In this document: piece by piece, positions 52,001 to 63,687 of the stretch
Layout: every line of letters begins with the position of its first letter
How positions within the stretch are numbered: position 1 is the first letter of the stretch
Assembly (NCBI GenBank): GCA_002269645.1
Contig: NIVC01004031.1
Coordinates: 1-63,687, forward strand
Origin: Macrostomum lignano
Lineage: Eukaryota
Direction: 5' to 3'
DNA length: 63,687 bases
Made by a program: the position numbers and the translations under genes
Notes under the pieces: model-generated
Told to the model about the DNA's origin: nothing
Databases searched by the model: none
Seen by the model: the letters and a program-made list of their open reading frames with translations, nothing else

Positions 52001-53359
52001 AAAAAACAAAGCCGAGGTTCGAAAACCAAGCCAGCAGCCTGCAATCATATGACACAGTAGACTCGTAGCAATGCTTTAGGGGGGGTGATATGGTTGCCTA
52101 ACAATGGGACAAAGAAAAATGCTCGAGCAATAACCCTGCCCCACTCAAACTATACATTGCTTTTCATTTTGTCAACTAAACCAATTTGCTTGCTTGACTA
52201 AAAAATATACTGTCTTGAATAATTTGTGGTACACAAAGAGAATTTTGAGATGTGAGCCTTACACTTATAGCAGGGCTCTTAGAGGCCAGTGTGTTAGAAA
52301 TTCTTTCTGACTTGTGAGCAGAAGAAAACAGGAATAAAAACTGTTATAGACACTGGGAGGTTATGACAAGTTGCCACTCAGCCATGAGATCCGCAAAGCC
52401 CTTGACTGTGTCAATGACCCCAGTAATGGCTATGCCTATAGCAAGGCTGACCCCTTTAATCAGGCTATGTTGGATGAGTTTGACCCCCACAGCAAAGATA
52501 TATCTGGCTCCCATCAACCAAGCTAACATCCCCGAGCTACTGGCAGTGCCTACAAATAGTCTAGGGTTGTGGGCTGCATGACTTGATAAAGGTTGTTAGG
52601 GCAGAGCCATTGGCCTCTGAACTATAGAGGCTATCTAGGCCTGGAGCCTAACCAACATCTGACACCCCCTTCCTGTCCTTGAGCTAGACAAGTAGTTCTA
52701 TCCAGCCATTGCATTGCTAGTAGGAGCAGCTGCTGCAGAACCCAATCAAGACTAGGCATAACACCTTGCCAAACTACTATTATAGGAGTTTGCCAGCAAT
52801 TCTGTGGCCCAACAAATGAGTGATTGTCATCACTAGGGTGGCTATGCTTAAAATTTTGGACAGCCAACAACTGTCTGCGCTGTCAAGTTGACTGCCAACC
52901 TGCTATGCAAGCATACATGCGCAACCTCCAAAATTTGGTCAGCTGTGCAACTTAGTTTTAACAAAAATGCGATGTAGTTTTTGGCCAAAAATGCGACTTC
53001 CATGTAAAAAAAACCTAAAGCAAAATTAATGCAACTTTGGGTAAATGGCAGGGGCCGATTTCACGAAACACTACTAACAGCTATTTAGCCACTGCTAACT
53101 GCTAAAAGCAGTGGCTGGGTTTCTCAAAGTGAATGCTAAGTAGCAGCGTCTAGCTGTCTATGGCTAGCAGGTCAGATCGGGTGCCGAGGGTGGGAGAGTT
53201 GATTTCACGAAGCTAGCAGACGTCGACTAGCAAGGCTAAACTAGCAGCTGCTTTTCAGCCAGCCTCAACCCTGGTTAGTCAATGAATTTCCTCTATCTTA
53301 ATAACCTTCTACAAGACGGTCCGCATCGGGAGCCACGAGTTTACCTCGATAGACGGAAT

Positions 53360-54218
53360 TTTGCTGTCAGTGCTGAATTCACACAAAGATTCCGACTGAG
53401 TCCAGCTACTGCGGAGCATCTTGTGCAAAGAATTGGTCCTTAGCTGGCGCCTTCTACGCAGCGAAGTTGTGCTCTGTCCCCACGGGAACAAGTCTTGACT
53501 GCTTTGCGCTTCTATGCAACGAATAGCTTTTATCACGTGCTATGGGATGCGCATGGCCCATCGACTGCATCCGTCTGCTGTGCAGTGCGCAATGTGTCAC
53601 AGGCTATGAATGAGCAGCTCTTCCAGCAGGTGCGCTGGCCCAAGGATTTGCACCGAATTGGCCGTGACTTTTTTCGAGTCGCTCGCATGCCATCCGTGTG
53701 TGGCCTGGTGGATGGAACGTTGGTCCCAATCATCGCCCCAAGAGTCAATGAGGAGCAATTTGTGGACCGTAAGGGCCAACACTCATTGAACGTGATGCTC
53801 GTGTCAGGTCCCCAACACCAATTCCTGGCATGTAACGTGTCCTGGCCAGGAAGTGTGAACAGCGTTCGCGCGCTGCGTAATAGCAGCGTGTATGATGCAT
53901 TTGAGAATGCAGGATTTTGACCATTTCACGATGCAGTCTTATTGGGAGACTCAATCTACCCATGCCTTGAATGGCTGGTCCCACCTGTCCACAGTGACAA
54001 TCTCCTGGTTGCATCTCGGCAGTTCTACCGGGCACATTGAGTGACGCGCTCCTCGGTTGAGCGGAGCATTGGCCTACTGAAGCTAAGGTTTCCGTGTCTG
54101 CGGATGCTGTGCGTGGCGACCCCCAAGTTGGCTGGTGAGATTGTGAAGACATGCGTCACACTACACAATCTCTGCATAAGCATCGAGGGAGAAGTTGACA
54201 ACAACATCGTTCAGTAAT
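53360..54218 (+). pseudogene. Harbinger (HARBI1-like, DDE_Tnp_4) transposase pseudogene
   Basis: FRLSP, VLTALRFYAT, GLVDGTLVPI, RKGQHSLNV, WPGS, LLGDSIYP, RSSVERSIGLLKLRF, CVTLHNLC motifs; in-frame stops; the GSVHD Asp is replaced (GSVNS). Confidence 0.9.
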
Positions 54219-54677
54219 ACAACATCACGGAGGAAGAAGACGCTGGAGGACATCATGCCGTGGCAGCTCACGTTGCTCCTTATGGAGCTCACCGACGGGA
54301 CAGACGTGGCGCTATTGTGGTCTACACTGTGGTTGTCATTTGTCAGTGGTAACAAACCATTGCTACTTTACATGCGATAGTTGTGTCCAAATTTGTGTCG
54401 AAAGTTTGTTTTGGTATTCATGTTTTTGGAAGGAAGTGGTCACTGTATTACTACATGTACCTTCGGCATATGAAAGCAAAATGGATAAGGCCAAACAGCC
54501 CCCTGTCAATTGTCAACACTTCAATAAATGCATATTATCCATTGTGTATTTCCAGCACGATACTATGATGTATTTTTTGTGAAAAACGATTGTAACATCA
54601 ATATACATGTACTGAAATGTAACAACAGTAGCAGTAACAACAAACCTTGAGCAGCTAAAGGCACCATACTGCAAGGC

Positions 54678-55370
54678 TTAAATACCATCATGCACCGACC
54701 TCGTCTTCAACTCTCGGATCTCAAGCTTCAGCTTTTCATTTCGCAACCGTAAATTTTTGAGCAGAAACTCTTCTTTCTCGTCGTATATCTTGCGCTTCAG
54801 CTGCTTCCTTGGAGTGTCAGGTTCTGGATCTCGAATTGGACTATGTGCTTCAGCCAGCAGTTCTATCATCGAAGGCCTGCCAGATTTGCAACGCGAGTGA
54901 GCGTCCGATGGTCCACCAGTCTCACTCTCGACTTGTGTCGATCGAAGAACGGCCATCTCCATGCCTTTTCCCAAACAGCTAGAAGACTTCGATTGCGCTT
55001 CACCATTCAAAACGTTTGAATCTTCAACACTCAGTCCGACGACACTGGCACTCTCCCTTCTGATGATCTGCAGCACGAGATCGTCCAGTTTGGTGATTTT
55101 GCGCTCAGCCTCAAGGCCCCCATTGCTTCCTGTCTTTCTTCTTTCATCATTCTTCTTAATTGCTCCCAGCCTCAGATTTTTCCAGAGCATGTCTCTCAGC
55201 TGCGTCACCGATTTGTCTACACTGTGAGCCACTATGATGCTTTGCACTTTGTTCCATGCTTGCAGCTTTCTCTTCTTACCGTCCGCATAGTCGTCGAATT
55301 TCCCATAAGGACATCTTTCCATTGTAGCATCTCAAGCAGAAACAGCTTCTTGTTCTTGTTCGACACCATG
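54678..55370 (-). pseudogene. Harbinger accessory Myb/SANT-like DNA-binding protein
   Basis: GKFDDYADGKKRKLQAWNKV...LWKNLRLGAIKK...RRKTG and C-terminal LKNLRLRNEKLKLEI coiled coil; the N-terminus (KKLFLLEML) is in another frame near 55310-55370. Confidence 0.75.
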
Positions 55371-55542
55371 GCAGAATGGTCACAGACGGGCCGATCCAGC
55401 GACAACCAGAGAATGATGTATGCGTCTCCTTTGGTATGTTTATTACAAAAAGAACTTTATAAATTATAAAGTATGAAGTAGGGCTTTCTTGACGCAGAAA
55501 AGGCACAAATCAATAATTGTCTTAGTGACGCCTCATGTCTAT

Positions 55543-57020
55543 GGCCCTATTGGAATAAGTTGACAAAATGCGGACGACCGTCCGTCGCATTTTTGGATTC
55601 TCCTGGTGTTGCGTCGCGCGACAGTGGTGTCAAGTGGTGTGTCCCGTTGCGCGACACTGTGGAAACCTGGTGTCGTCATGCATCATGTCGCGCGACACAC
55701 ACAATGAGACGCGAAAGTGTGGCAACTTGGCGGCTGGTGTCATCATGTGTCGCGTTGCGGCCTAGATCTGCAGCCAAAACCTTGCAAACTGTGTTTCATT
55801 GTAATAATATGTTCACGGTTGTTTCTCGGTATTTAAATGTTTCAAACATGTTTGATAAAAACTAATTCTTGAATTGTTCTTTTTTGTTTTGACAGTAAAA
55901 TAACTAATGGCTCATTCCATATAAGCATGGTCGTAACATGACAGGTTATTTTTACTTATAAAATGAAATCTAATAATAGAATATACTAAACCAATATTTT
56001 AAATGAAAGATTATTTTGTCTAGAATATATTTATAGAGTTTCATATAGATATCATCATTAGTATAGATGCTATTAAACCTTAAATGACACTTATGGTCGT
56101 AACGACAGGATTTTTGACATATAGAAACTAAAAGGTAAAAGTCTTATAACATTTTTCATTTTTGATATTTTGCAATGCATTTTTAAAATTTGACTAAGAA
56201 CATCTTTAGAAATCATACTCTTTTATTAGAATATATAAACTCAAAAGGCAACAAAGATACAAAAGAAAAGGCAGCCTTATGGTCGTAACATTATGGTCGT
56301 AACATATTTTTTTCTGTCAATTCAGTAACTTTGAGGTACTAATACATTAAAAATATAATAGATTATTTGGTCACCAATGCTTTTATCTGATGATGCAAGT
56401 ACTATACTTTTATCTATAGTTTGTTTCAACCTTCAAAAGCTTTCTATTTGTTTTTAAAAGGTACAAAATCTTAATGATGTCTTTTGCTTCAAAAAATGTC
56501 CAAATTTTTACAAAAATGACTTTTTGCCAATTGATAACATACTAATCCAACATTTTACCATTCCTTTATTCTTAGATTGTATATATTGCACAATATAAAC
56601 ATTTAGTAAAAAAATAGGCTAATTAGGCAATGGCAAGCAAAAATATTGACTTTTTTCTATTTTCCAAATATGTCCATCTTATATGGAATGAGCCTAATAC
56701 TTCAAATATAATTTTTAGAAATGTTACTTGTTAGTTACAATGCATGCGCTGTTTTTCTAACTGTTGTACCTTTGTTGTTTTACTGTTTATTGTTTTTAAA
56801 TTTCATTTCTTTTTCCGCAAAATTGAAAGGAATACTCTCGTCCCTCGCTCCATGGTCTTGGTGTTGGGAGTGAACGGCAGAACGAGAATTGTCAATTGTA
56901 ACGTGGCTGCCGAATGGCCCCGGTCAACAAAATTTGGTGCCGCGTTGCACTTTTGAGGGCACAATTTTGGCACCCGTGTCATGCGTCTGCGGGTTTTTGA
57001 AACTTATTCCAATAGGGGTC
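55543..57020. mobile_element. Non-autonomous TIR element nested in the Harbinger
   Basis: CCCTATTGGAATAAGTT at 55545 mirrored by AACTTATTCCAATAGGG at 57001; TAT on both flanks (55540-55542, 57021-57023). Confidence 0.65.
55909..56694. mobile_element. Non-autonomous TIR element nested in the previous one
   Basis: Perfect 17-bp TIR GGCTCATTCCATATAAG/CTTATATGGAATGAGCC; 4-bp direct repeat TAAT on both flanks; internal ATGGTCGTAAC motif four times. Confidence 0.78.
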
Positions 57021-58625
57021 TATGGCAGAGACCCACACTAGCATGCTTTTAGCCATGGCTTACTAGCCGTTGCTTTTTAGCATGGTGTTGTGAAACCACT
57101 TTTTCAGACGCGTCTAAATAGCATGGCTAAACTAGCTGCTGCTAACTGCTAACTGCTAGCTGTTTCGTGAAATCGGCCCTAGGAGTAACTATAAATGTCT
57201 TATTAAGCAAAAATGCCTCGTCAGCTACTTAGTACTACTACTTGGTGTTTTTCTTGGATGGGCATTTTTGCCACTGCCTTGGTTGGCTGCCAAATTGGTC
57301 GGCCAATTGGCTGACTCGGCCAACTGTTGCGCATGTATGTATGCAAGCGCCACCAACAGTTGTTAGGAGGCCTGTCATACAATGCTTTTTACATGTTAGT
57401 TGGCCTGTGTGTGGATCACATAGCTACCCTGGGGTGAGGCATGTCAACTGCCCTACTAAACTGACCTACTAAACTTATCCAGTTAATAAAATAATAACTA
57501 ATAAGCTCCAAGTCCATTCATTCATAATAACTAATTGAAGCCCTCCTAATTTTCCATTGAATCATTGTCATTTGCCAATGGGGCATTCAACAACCAAATT
57601 AATCTCATCTCTGAATGAGCTAAGATCTTAATGTTTTGTAATACAAAATTACAATAGTGGCAATGCTACTTTCTTATTTGTAAGCAAAACTAAGAGAAAC
57701 CATGCACATTGAAATTATAGAGTCTACAACTTAATCTAATTGACCATACCTGTTTCAAAAACCACTCGACTATGATTACAACCCATAGTCAGGATCATGG
57801 CATGGCACGAGTATGCCGGAATAAAAAGTCAGTAAAAAAGGTACGCTGTGTATGCCAAGATTAGAACCCAGTGGTACACCGACGGACCGGGGGGAGGGGG
57901 GGTAGGTAGGGGTAGCAGTGCATGTAAAGGATTAGAAATTGAAATTGAAATTTGCTACTTTCCAAAATCAAAATCGAAAGCGAAGTTTTCCGAAATCAAA
58001 ATTCAAAAAAACAAAGTTTAGTACAACGAACACTCACTTTTCTACTTTCAATTTATTACTCATTTTTTAAAATCTAAATTTGATTTAAAATTCCAAATTT
58101 TGGAAAATCAAAATAAAAATCGAAATTTTGGAACATCTCTAAAAAGTCAAGCTTTAACAAAGTTTTTAATTGTGTTGAAATTTCAATGACTTTAACAAAA
58201 GAAAATTAGCACTAGAAAAAAACATTTTTTTTCTTTTCAGTTTTAAAACAGTTTTTAAAAATAGATTTTATGCATCAGGATTCAAGATATTGTGGGTGGG
58301 CAGGGGCCCACGCCCACGGAGGCACGGTATATAATTATGTCGTGGCATGCCATTGCCAGGGACTACTCAAACATTGGGACGGGAAACTAGGCAAATCATG
58401 GCGAAGTTTTTACGAGGCTGGTTTGTTAGCAGCTGATGAGGCTGGCTGGCTTATTTGTATAGAGCGATACTTTGTTGTCTATGGTTATTTTCTATTATTT
58501 GAAGCTTGTGATACTGTTATTTCCACTGCAGTCTAGCAGGGGATGCTTGCATTATATTATAGCAGCTAAATTTCTGGCAAATGCGCAGGACAAGCTCAAT
58601 TTTTCTGCTTGTGTTGTTGGCATCA

Positions 58626-61508
58626 ATGCCAAGAAAGTGCAGCGTTGTTGGCTGCAAGTCAAATTACGAGTCCGAACGATTGGCTACGAAAGTCCATCTG
58701 TTTCCAAAGGACTCGGTTGAGCAAGAGCGATGGAAAAAGGCCCTGCCGAACATCCTAGAGGTAGGCGCTATTTACTATAAGGTAAATTGTGCCAATATAT
58801 ATGCAAATTTTTTCTTTATTGGCAAGTGTTTTTTCCTTTATTCCGCCTTTCAGTCTATAACAGATCACATGGGAATCTGCGCCAAACACTGGCCACCGAA
58901 CACAACAATGGTGAAAAAGCGACGATTTGAGTCACCAAAGGATCCGCCTTCTATTTTCAATGGTGTTCCTCTGTCTTGCCTGGTCCAGAACCAAGGTATG
59001 ACTATACTTTGAATACCTATTTGTACTTTAGACTTTAGCATTTGGTTCATAAATTTCTCAAGGTTCCCACCATAAATGTTTTTACATTTTAGAACGCAAT
59101 AGGGATGTGAAGACAAGAGGTGTTCTCTCTGACGCACGAGGTGGCTTAGCGGATGAATTAGAAGAGTTTCAGCTGAGCGACACCATATCTTTGTGGAATG
59201 GTTTCTGTGACTCCGTACAGGACTCTGAAATAGTCAAACGCCACTCCTTAGTGGTTACATTTCTTCAGCAAGATTTATATATGTTTTCATTGGACTCCAA
59301 TGGCGACATGCTTGTTTGATTATTTATTTTGCCAAATTTTGCTGTTTGCGCCTACATAATGCACATGCCAGTTAATGTTTGCAACCTACTTGGATTTCAA
59401 CCCACGCTGAAGTTTTGGTCGCAACTGGATGCAATTATCGTACAATGCAACAACTCTGAGTTTTCAGTTGAGAACGAGATTTTGTATTTCATGAAAAGCA
59501 ACATATTAGCCATTGACAGCGCAGCGCTAGAGATTTCGAATCCAACTATTAAATTCTTGCTTGAAGAGTTAAAGCTAACACTGGACTCACCGACTGCTCG
59601 CAGATATAGCACTACTATCATCCGGAAGTCAGCCTTACTTTACCTGATCAGTAGCTCCGCATATTCATATATTAGAACACTCATTCCATTGCCTTATCAG
59701 TGCACGCTACAACATCAACTCGCAAGAATGGGAGAGGTAGGCACGGAGGATGATGCACTCAAAATTACGCGATTGGTTTTTTCAAAGATTTTTGGTCCTC
59801 AGCGAAATTGCGTTCTGATGTTCGATGAAATGTACGTACAACCTTCCATTCGATATTGGTGCAAACATCTGATGGGACGTGCTAGCGAGGATCCCAGTCA
59901 GGCTGCATGAACAGTTTTAGCCATCATGGTAAAGCCTCTTTTTGGTGGAAAGCCGTTTGTGATGCTATTAGTGCCCATTTTTTTTCTGGCTGCAGACTTT
60001 CTTCAACATCAGCTAAGTCACTGCATAGGCATCATCAACAGTCAAGGCGGTCGCGTAATTGCACTGGTTTGCGATAACCATCCTGTGAATCGAAAGTGTT
60101 TTTCTCTTTTTCGTGACAACCTTCACATCAAGCCCTGGATTGGCAGAGATCCCTCACAGGAGTCCGTTTTCTATATGATAAACGACTCAGTGCATCTGTT
60201 GAAATGCCTTAGAAACAATTGGCAAACAGAAAAACTGGAATACTCACACTCCATATACCAAGCAATGGCCAGACTATATCGGCAAAGTGAAACAATTTGA
60301 TCAGAGTATACAAAAGCGAAGAAAATCATGTTGTAAAGTGATCTGATCTAACCTTTGAAGCTTGCTACCCATCTAGCATTCAAAAAACTAAAGTAAGTCT
60401 AGCTTTGCAAGTTTTTAATGAAAAAGTGGCAGCTGCACTTAAGTGCAATGGTCATTATGAAACTGCTAGTTTTGTGGAGACATTTTAAAGTTGTGGAACA
60501 TAGTGAACTGCAAGAATCTAGATCTACATGTTCGATTTAATGATCCCAGCAGGAAACCTATTTTTTCTGTTCATGACGACAACATCACATTTTTGAAAGA
60601 TTTTGCCAAGTCTATCAAACAGTCATAGTGCGGAAAAGGGCGCACCCGCTACCGATGTCTCACGGCTGAGACTAAGTTGGCTATTTCGTATTCCTTGCGT
60701 GGCATGGTGGACCTTTGCGAAGATCTGCTCTGTATCCTATTTCCTTTGTTCTACTAGGGAATTTTCAGAGCGATCCTCTAGAAGGAGAGTTTGGAGTTTA
60801 TGGCAGATGAGCGTGGCAATTATTTTATATCTGTCGAGCAAGTCCTACTGAGTGCACGACTAAGACACATGAAAATTTTGCAAGTCTTGAATTGGACAAC
60901 TATCACCATAATAAGAGTCCATGTTGCACGCGGAAATTTCTGAACAGGAACTGACAGCATTAGACAGCTGTCCATCAAATACAGATGGCATTGCTCTCTC
61001 AGAAAAGGCTTCCCTTTATTTCATCGCTGGTAAGATTTCTTTTCTTGCTGTATCTAATTAGTATATAGCCCCCAACTAATTGTATTTTTGGTGAGCTAAA
61101 GTAGCAGTAATTAAATGGATCTTTTTCAGGCTATATCTGTGTCAAGAGAAAATTAAAGGTGTCAACAGAGAATTTGCGTTTGCGGACAGCACAAAAGAAG
61201 AAGCCAGTGAATTCACTCAGTTACTATCGCGGGGAAAGCTACGGCACCCCCCAGAGTGGCTGTTTTCATTTCTAACTCTCTGCTACGCATGCTTCACTGC
61301 CCACTCACCCGTTTGTGCAACGAGAGTGCAGACACTATTTACAACTATAGCTGAAAATTTCTTTCATTACATTGACTTCAACGTCCAAGGTGTGACACGA
61401 AGAGCAACAAACACGTTCTTTAAGGGACTTGTCCGGAGATCATTGAAGGTGGGTCCATCATCCGTCACTGTTCAAGAGAGAAAGACAAAAAAACTTAGAA
61501 GTGCATGA
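58626..61508 (+). pseudogene. THAP-domain P-element/THAP9-like transposase pseudogene with introns
   Basis: MPRKCSVVGC...FPKD...RW...ICAKHW (THAP), RRYS, CVLMFDEMY, ALVCDNHPVN, DSVHLLKCLRNNW; GT-AG introns (58761-58851, about 58997-59091); several stops and frameshifts. Confidence 0.88.
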
Positions 61509-61976
61509 TATTGCGGACCAGACAAGTTCATATCTATTGAAAATTCCCAACTATTCAATGCTTAAATTTGTTAAATATTTTTTCGCATTTGTTCATTTTC
61601 TCGTCTGTGTATATATATGTTCAAACTTCACATATTTTAATGCTCATATCAACTGTGTGAGTTAACTTTTTATTGTTCGTCTGTTCCATGTTCACTATTC
61701 ACCCCTTACAAATAGCCCTCAATGTTACCTTATATGTTTTATGAACTATTTTTCCAGTGCACTTTCAAGTAAATATACACAGTTCATAAAAGCACCTGAA
61801 TCTTAAAATTCACAGATATACTTGTAATAAAATATAAAATTTATTGAAGATTTATTGAAATATTGAAATAGCTACTGCTGCATTGGCGCAGCCATAGATT
61901 CAACCAGCCTTGTAAAAACTTCGCCATGATTTGCCTAGTTTCCCATCCCGATGTTTGAGTAGTCCCTGGCCATTGC

Positions 61977-62519
61977 CCATAGTCAGGAAGGTAGCACAGT
62001 GTGTGCCGGAATAATTTTTTGGGACGATTTGTGCGCCATCTATGCGCCATTTGTGCGCTGTCTGTGCGCCACTCTTCATAAGTAGAGTTTTCTAAGAAAG
62101 GCCTTGTACGAAAAGCCTTTTTAAAATGTTACGCATATTTTCATCTTAAACAAACTTAAATTATACTTACAAATAGAGTAATGCAAAGTTGACGTTTTTA
62201 GCAATAATTTATACTAATTTTATTTATTGTTAATTTAAATTTAAAAGAAGCAAAAAGTTTATCACTGACTTTCTAGACTATACAAATCTCCTTTATTTTA
62301 CGTAAAATTGTTAATTTGCATTACAATTTTCATGCATGTCAGGGACCTTATGCGCCACAATTATGCGCCGCATGCGCTAGGGACCTCAGTGTGCGCCATG
62401 ATTGTGCACCAAGTGCACTAAGGACCCTTTGTGTGCGCCACGCTTGTGCACCAATGTGCACCGAGACCCTTTGTGTGCATGGGAATTTTCATCCTCAGAG
62501 GCCACCTTCCTGACTATGG
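61977..62519. mobile_element. MITE of the same P-like family, inserted in the right arm of the element
   Basis: 19-bp TIR CCATAGTCAGGAAGGT(A/G)GC; 8-bp TSD GCCATTGC at 61969-61976 and 62520-62527. Confidence 0.82.
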
Positions 62520-63687
62520 GCCATTGCATGCCATGGGGTACTTTCTCTAAACTGTGGTACGCTGTATATGCCAAAATTGGCCCAAAATTTCTCTATGTAC
62601 GCCAGAATTTTCCAAGTAAAATGCCATCTTCCTGACTATATTATAAGGGGAGGGTAGTTGTAACTTATAACTACCCTCCCCTTGCACTTGAGGATCTGGC
62701 AAATAGAGTATCTAGAGTATCTAGAGTAAATAGAGAAAGCTACCACAACAAAACTGCACAATTTTTCTGGCTTTACAAGTGTCAAGATAGGCCTAATGAA
62801 AGTAGCACAACAAAGTTGAAACTGCCTTAACCCATTGGTGTCAGCAACAACCAACTAACACATTTTTTTCTGTGCTGCCTCATTAGACATTAGGTTATAT
62901 TCAAATTGTTAGGCTCCCTACAAGAAAAAGGCTTATGATATATTTTACAATTGAACTATTAGGCCTAATTTTTATTTAGTCTTAAAAACAAATAAAAACA
63001 ATAGGCCCTATAAGGACTATATTGTAGACAGTTGTAAAGGCCTATGGCAGTGGCAATGGGCCAATGGCAATGGTATCAAAGGACAAAGATAGTAGTATGA
63101 CAATTTGTTTCTAAGCAAAGCTAAAGCTAGAGGTAGAGGTAGAATCCACTCGAATTTTCACAAATTGCTTTTTTATTCTATTTCTACTTCTGCCTAATTT
63201 CCTTGCAAAGTAAAAGATAGGTCTACTAACACCTAATTTGCAACAAGTAGTAGTAAATTTGGCTCAGGCAAGGAGCCTGTTTTGCCAATATTAAACGATG
63301 TATTTAGTATTTGTTAACAAACCTACTTTTCATTCAAAATTGAATTTTGTGTGCATATAAACAAAGAATGGGACTCTAGTGGGAATAATGGGAATTTAGT
63401 TAAAATTTTTAATGCTAAATTGATTTGGGACTTTGGGTTCGGTTCCGCGTGCCGGTGCCGGTAAGCCATTTCCGATTTCGGCGAAAGCTATTTCAAAATT
63501 AATAAATTTAAAAAGTAGGGCTCCATAGTAAGAGCTTAGCTGACTTAACAGTAAAATTTTTTTTCTTTATTGCAGTTTTTTGACTAACTATTCCTGAGCC
63601 TACTCTTTTATATAAGTAGGTATTTGTTTAAAAGTTGTGCATTTTCCTAGAAACTGATGCACAAAATCAGATCAGATCACCGCTGTG

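Larger units (their letters stand above)
53052..57179. mobile_element. PIF/Harbinger DNA transposon (decayed)
   Basis: 19-bp TIR GGGCCGATTTCACGAAACA at both ends; 3-bp flanks CAG/TAG; convergent transposase and Myb/SANT genes inside. Confidence 0.88.
57784..62640. mobile_element. P-element-like (THAP transposase) DNA transposon, decayed
   Basis: 20-bp TIR CATAGTCAGGATCATGGCAT vs reverse complement TATAGTCAGGAAGATGGCAT; about 75-bp subterminal inverted repeats at 58343-58424 and 61902-61976; contains the transposase. Confidence 0.72.

Noticed and set aside
50900-52900. Possible highly decayed RTE-type LINE on the minus strand (RVKKLRMKIGLHV-like fragment)
   Set aside because: Only faint motif resemblance and no intact YADD-type or endonuclease motif; needs a tBLASTn/HMM search to support.

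Overview
Eukaryotic (invertebrate animal) genomic DNA. GC3-rich exons sit in introns packed with private minisatellites, a style consistent with the flatworm Macrostomum (inference, not verified). Most long ORFs in the supplied track are tandem-repeat artefacts. By following splice sites and phases I reconstructed five minus-strand genes. (1) A signal-peptide, three-Ig-domain cell-surface protein (lachesin/IgLON/DIP-like) spanning 23233 to <1, with single-base deletions in its 3' exons. (2) A cytosolic NAD+ glycerol-3-phosphate dehydrogenase (34351-29654) with an unusual 87-nt exon that duplicates the catalytic Asp helix. (3-4) Two tandem two-exon secreted single-WSC-domain genes. (5) A zinc-finger/NLS protein with an unrecognised C-terminal domain (49057-46318). 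Also present: one tRNA-Met(CAT), two copies of a tRNA-derived SINE, a Gypsy integrase remnant, several MITEs, a decayed Harbinger element with two further elements nested inside it, a decayed THAP/P-element transposon with its own MITE inserted in its arm, and about 22 distinct tandem arrays. The most striking unexplained structure is that neighbouring arrays are often sequence-related, and in several cases inverted around a unique island or exon (foldback-like architecture).
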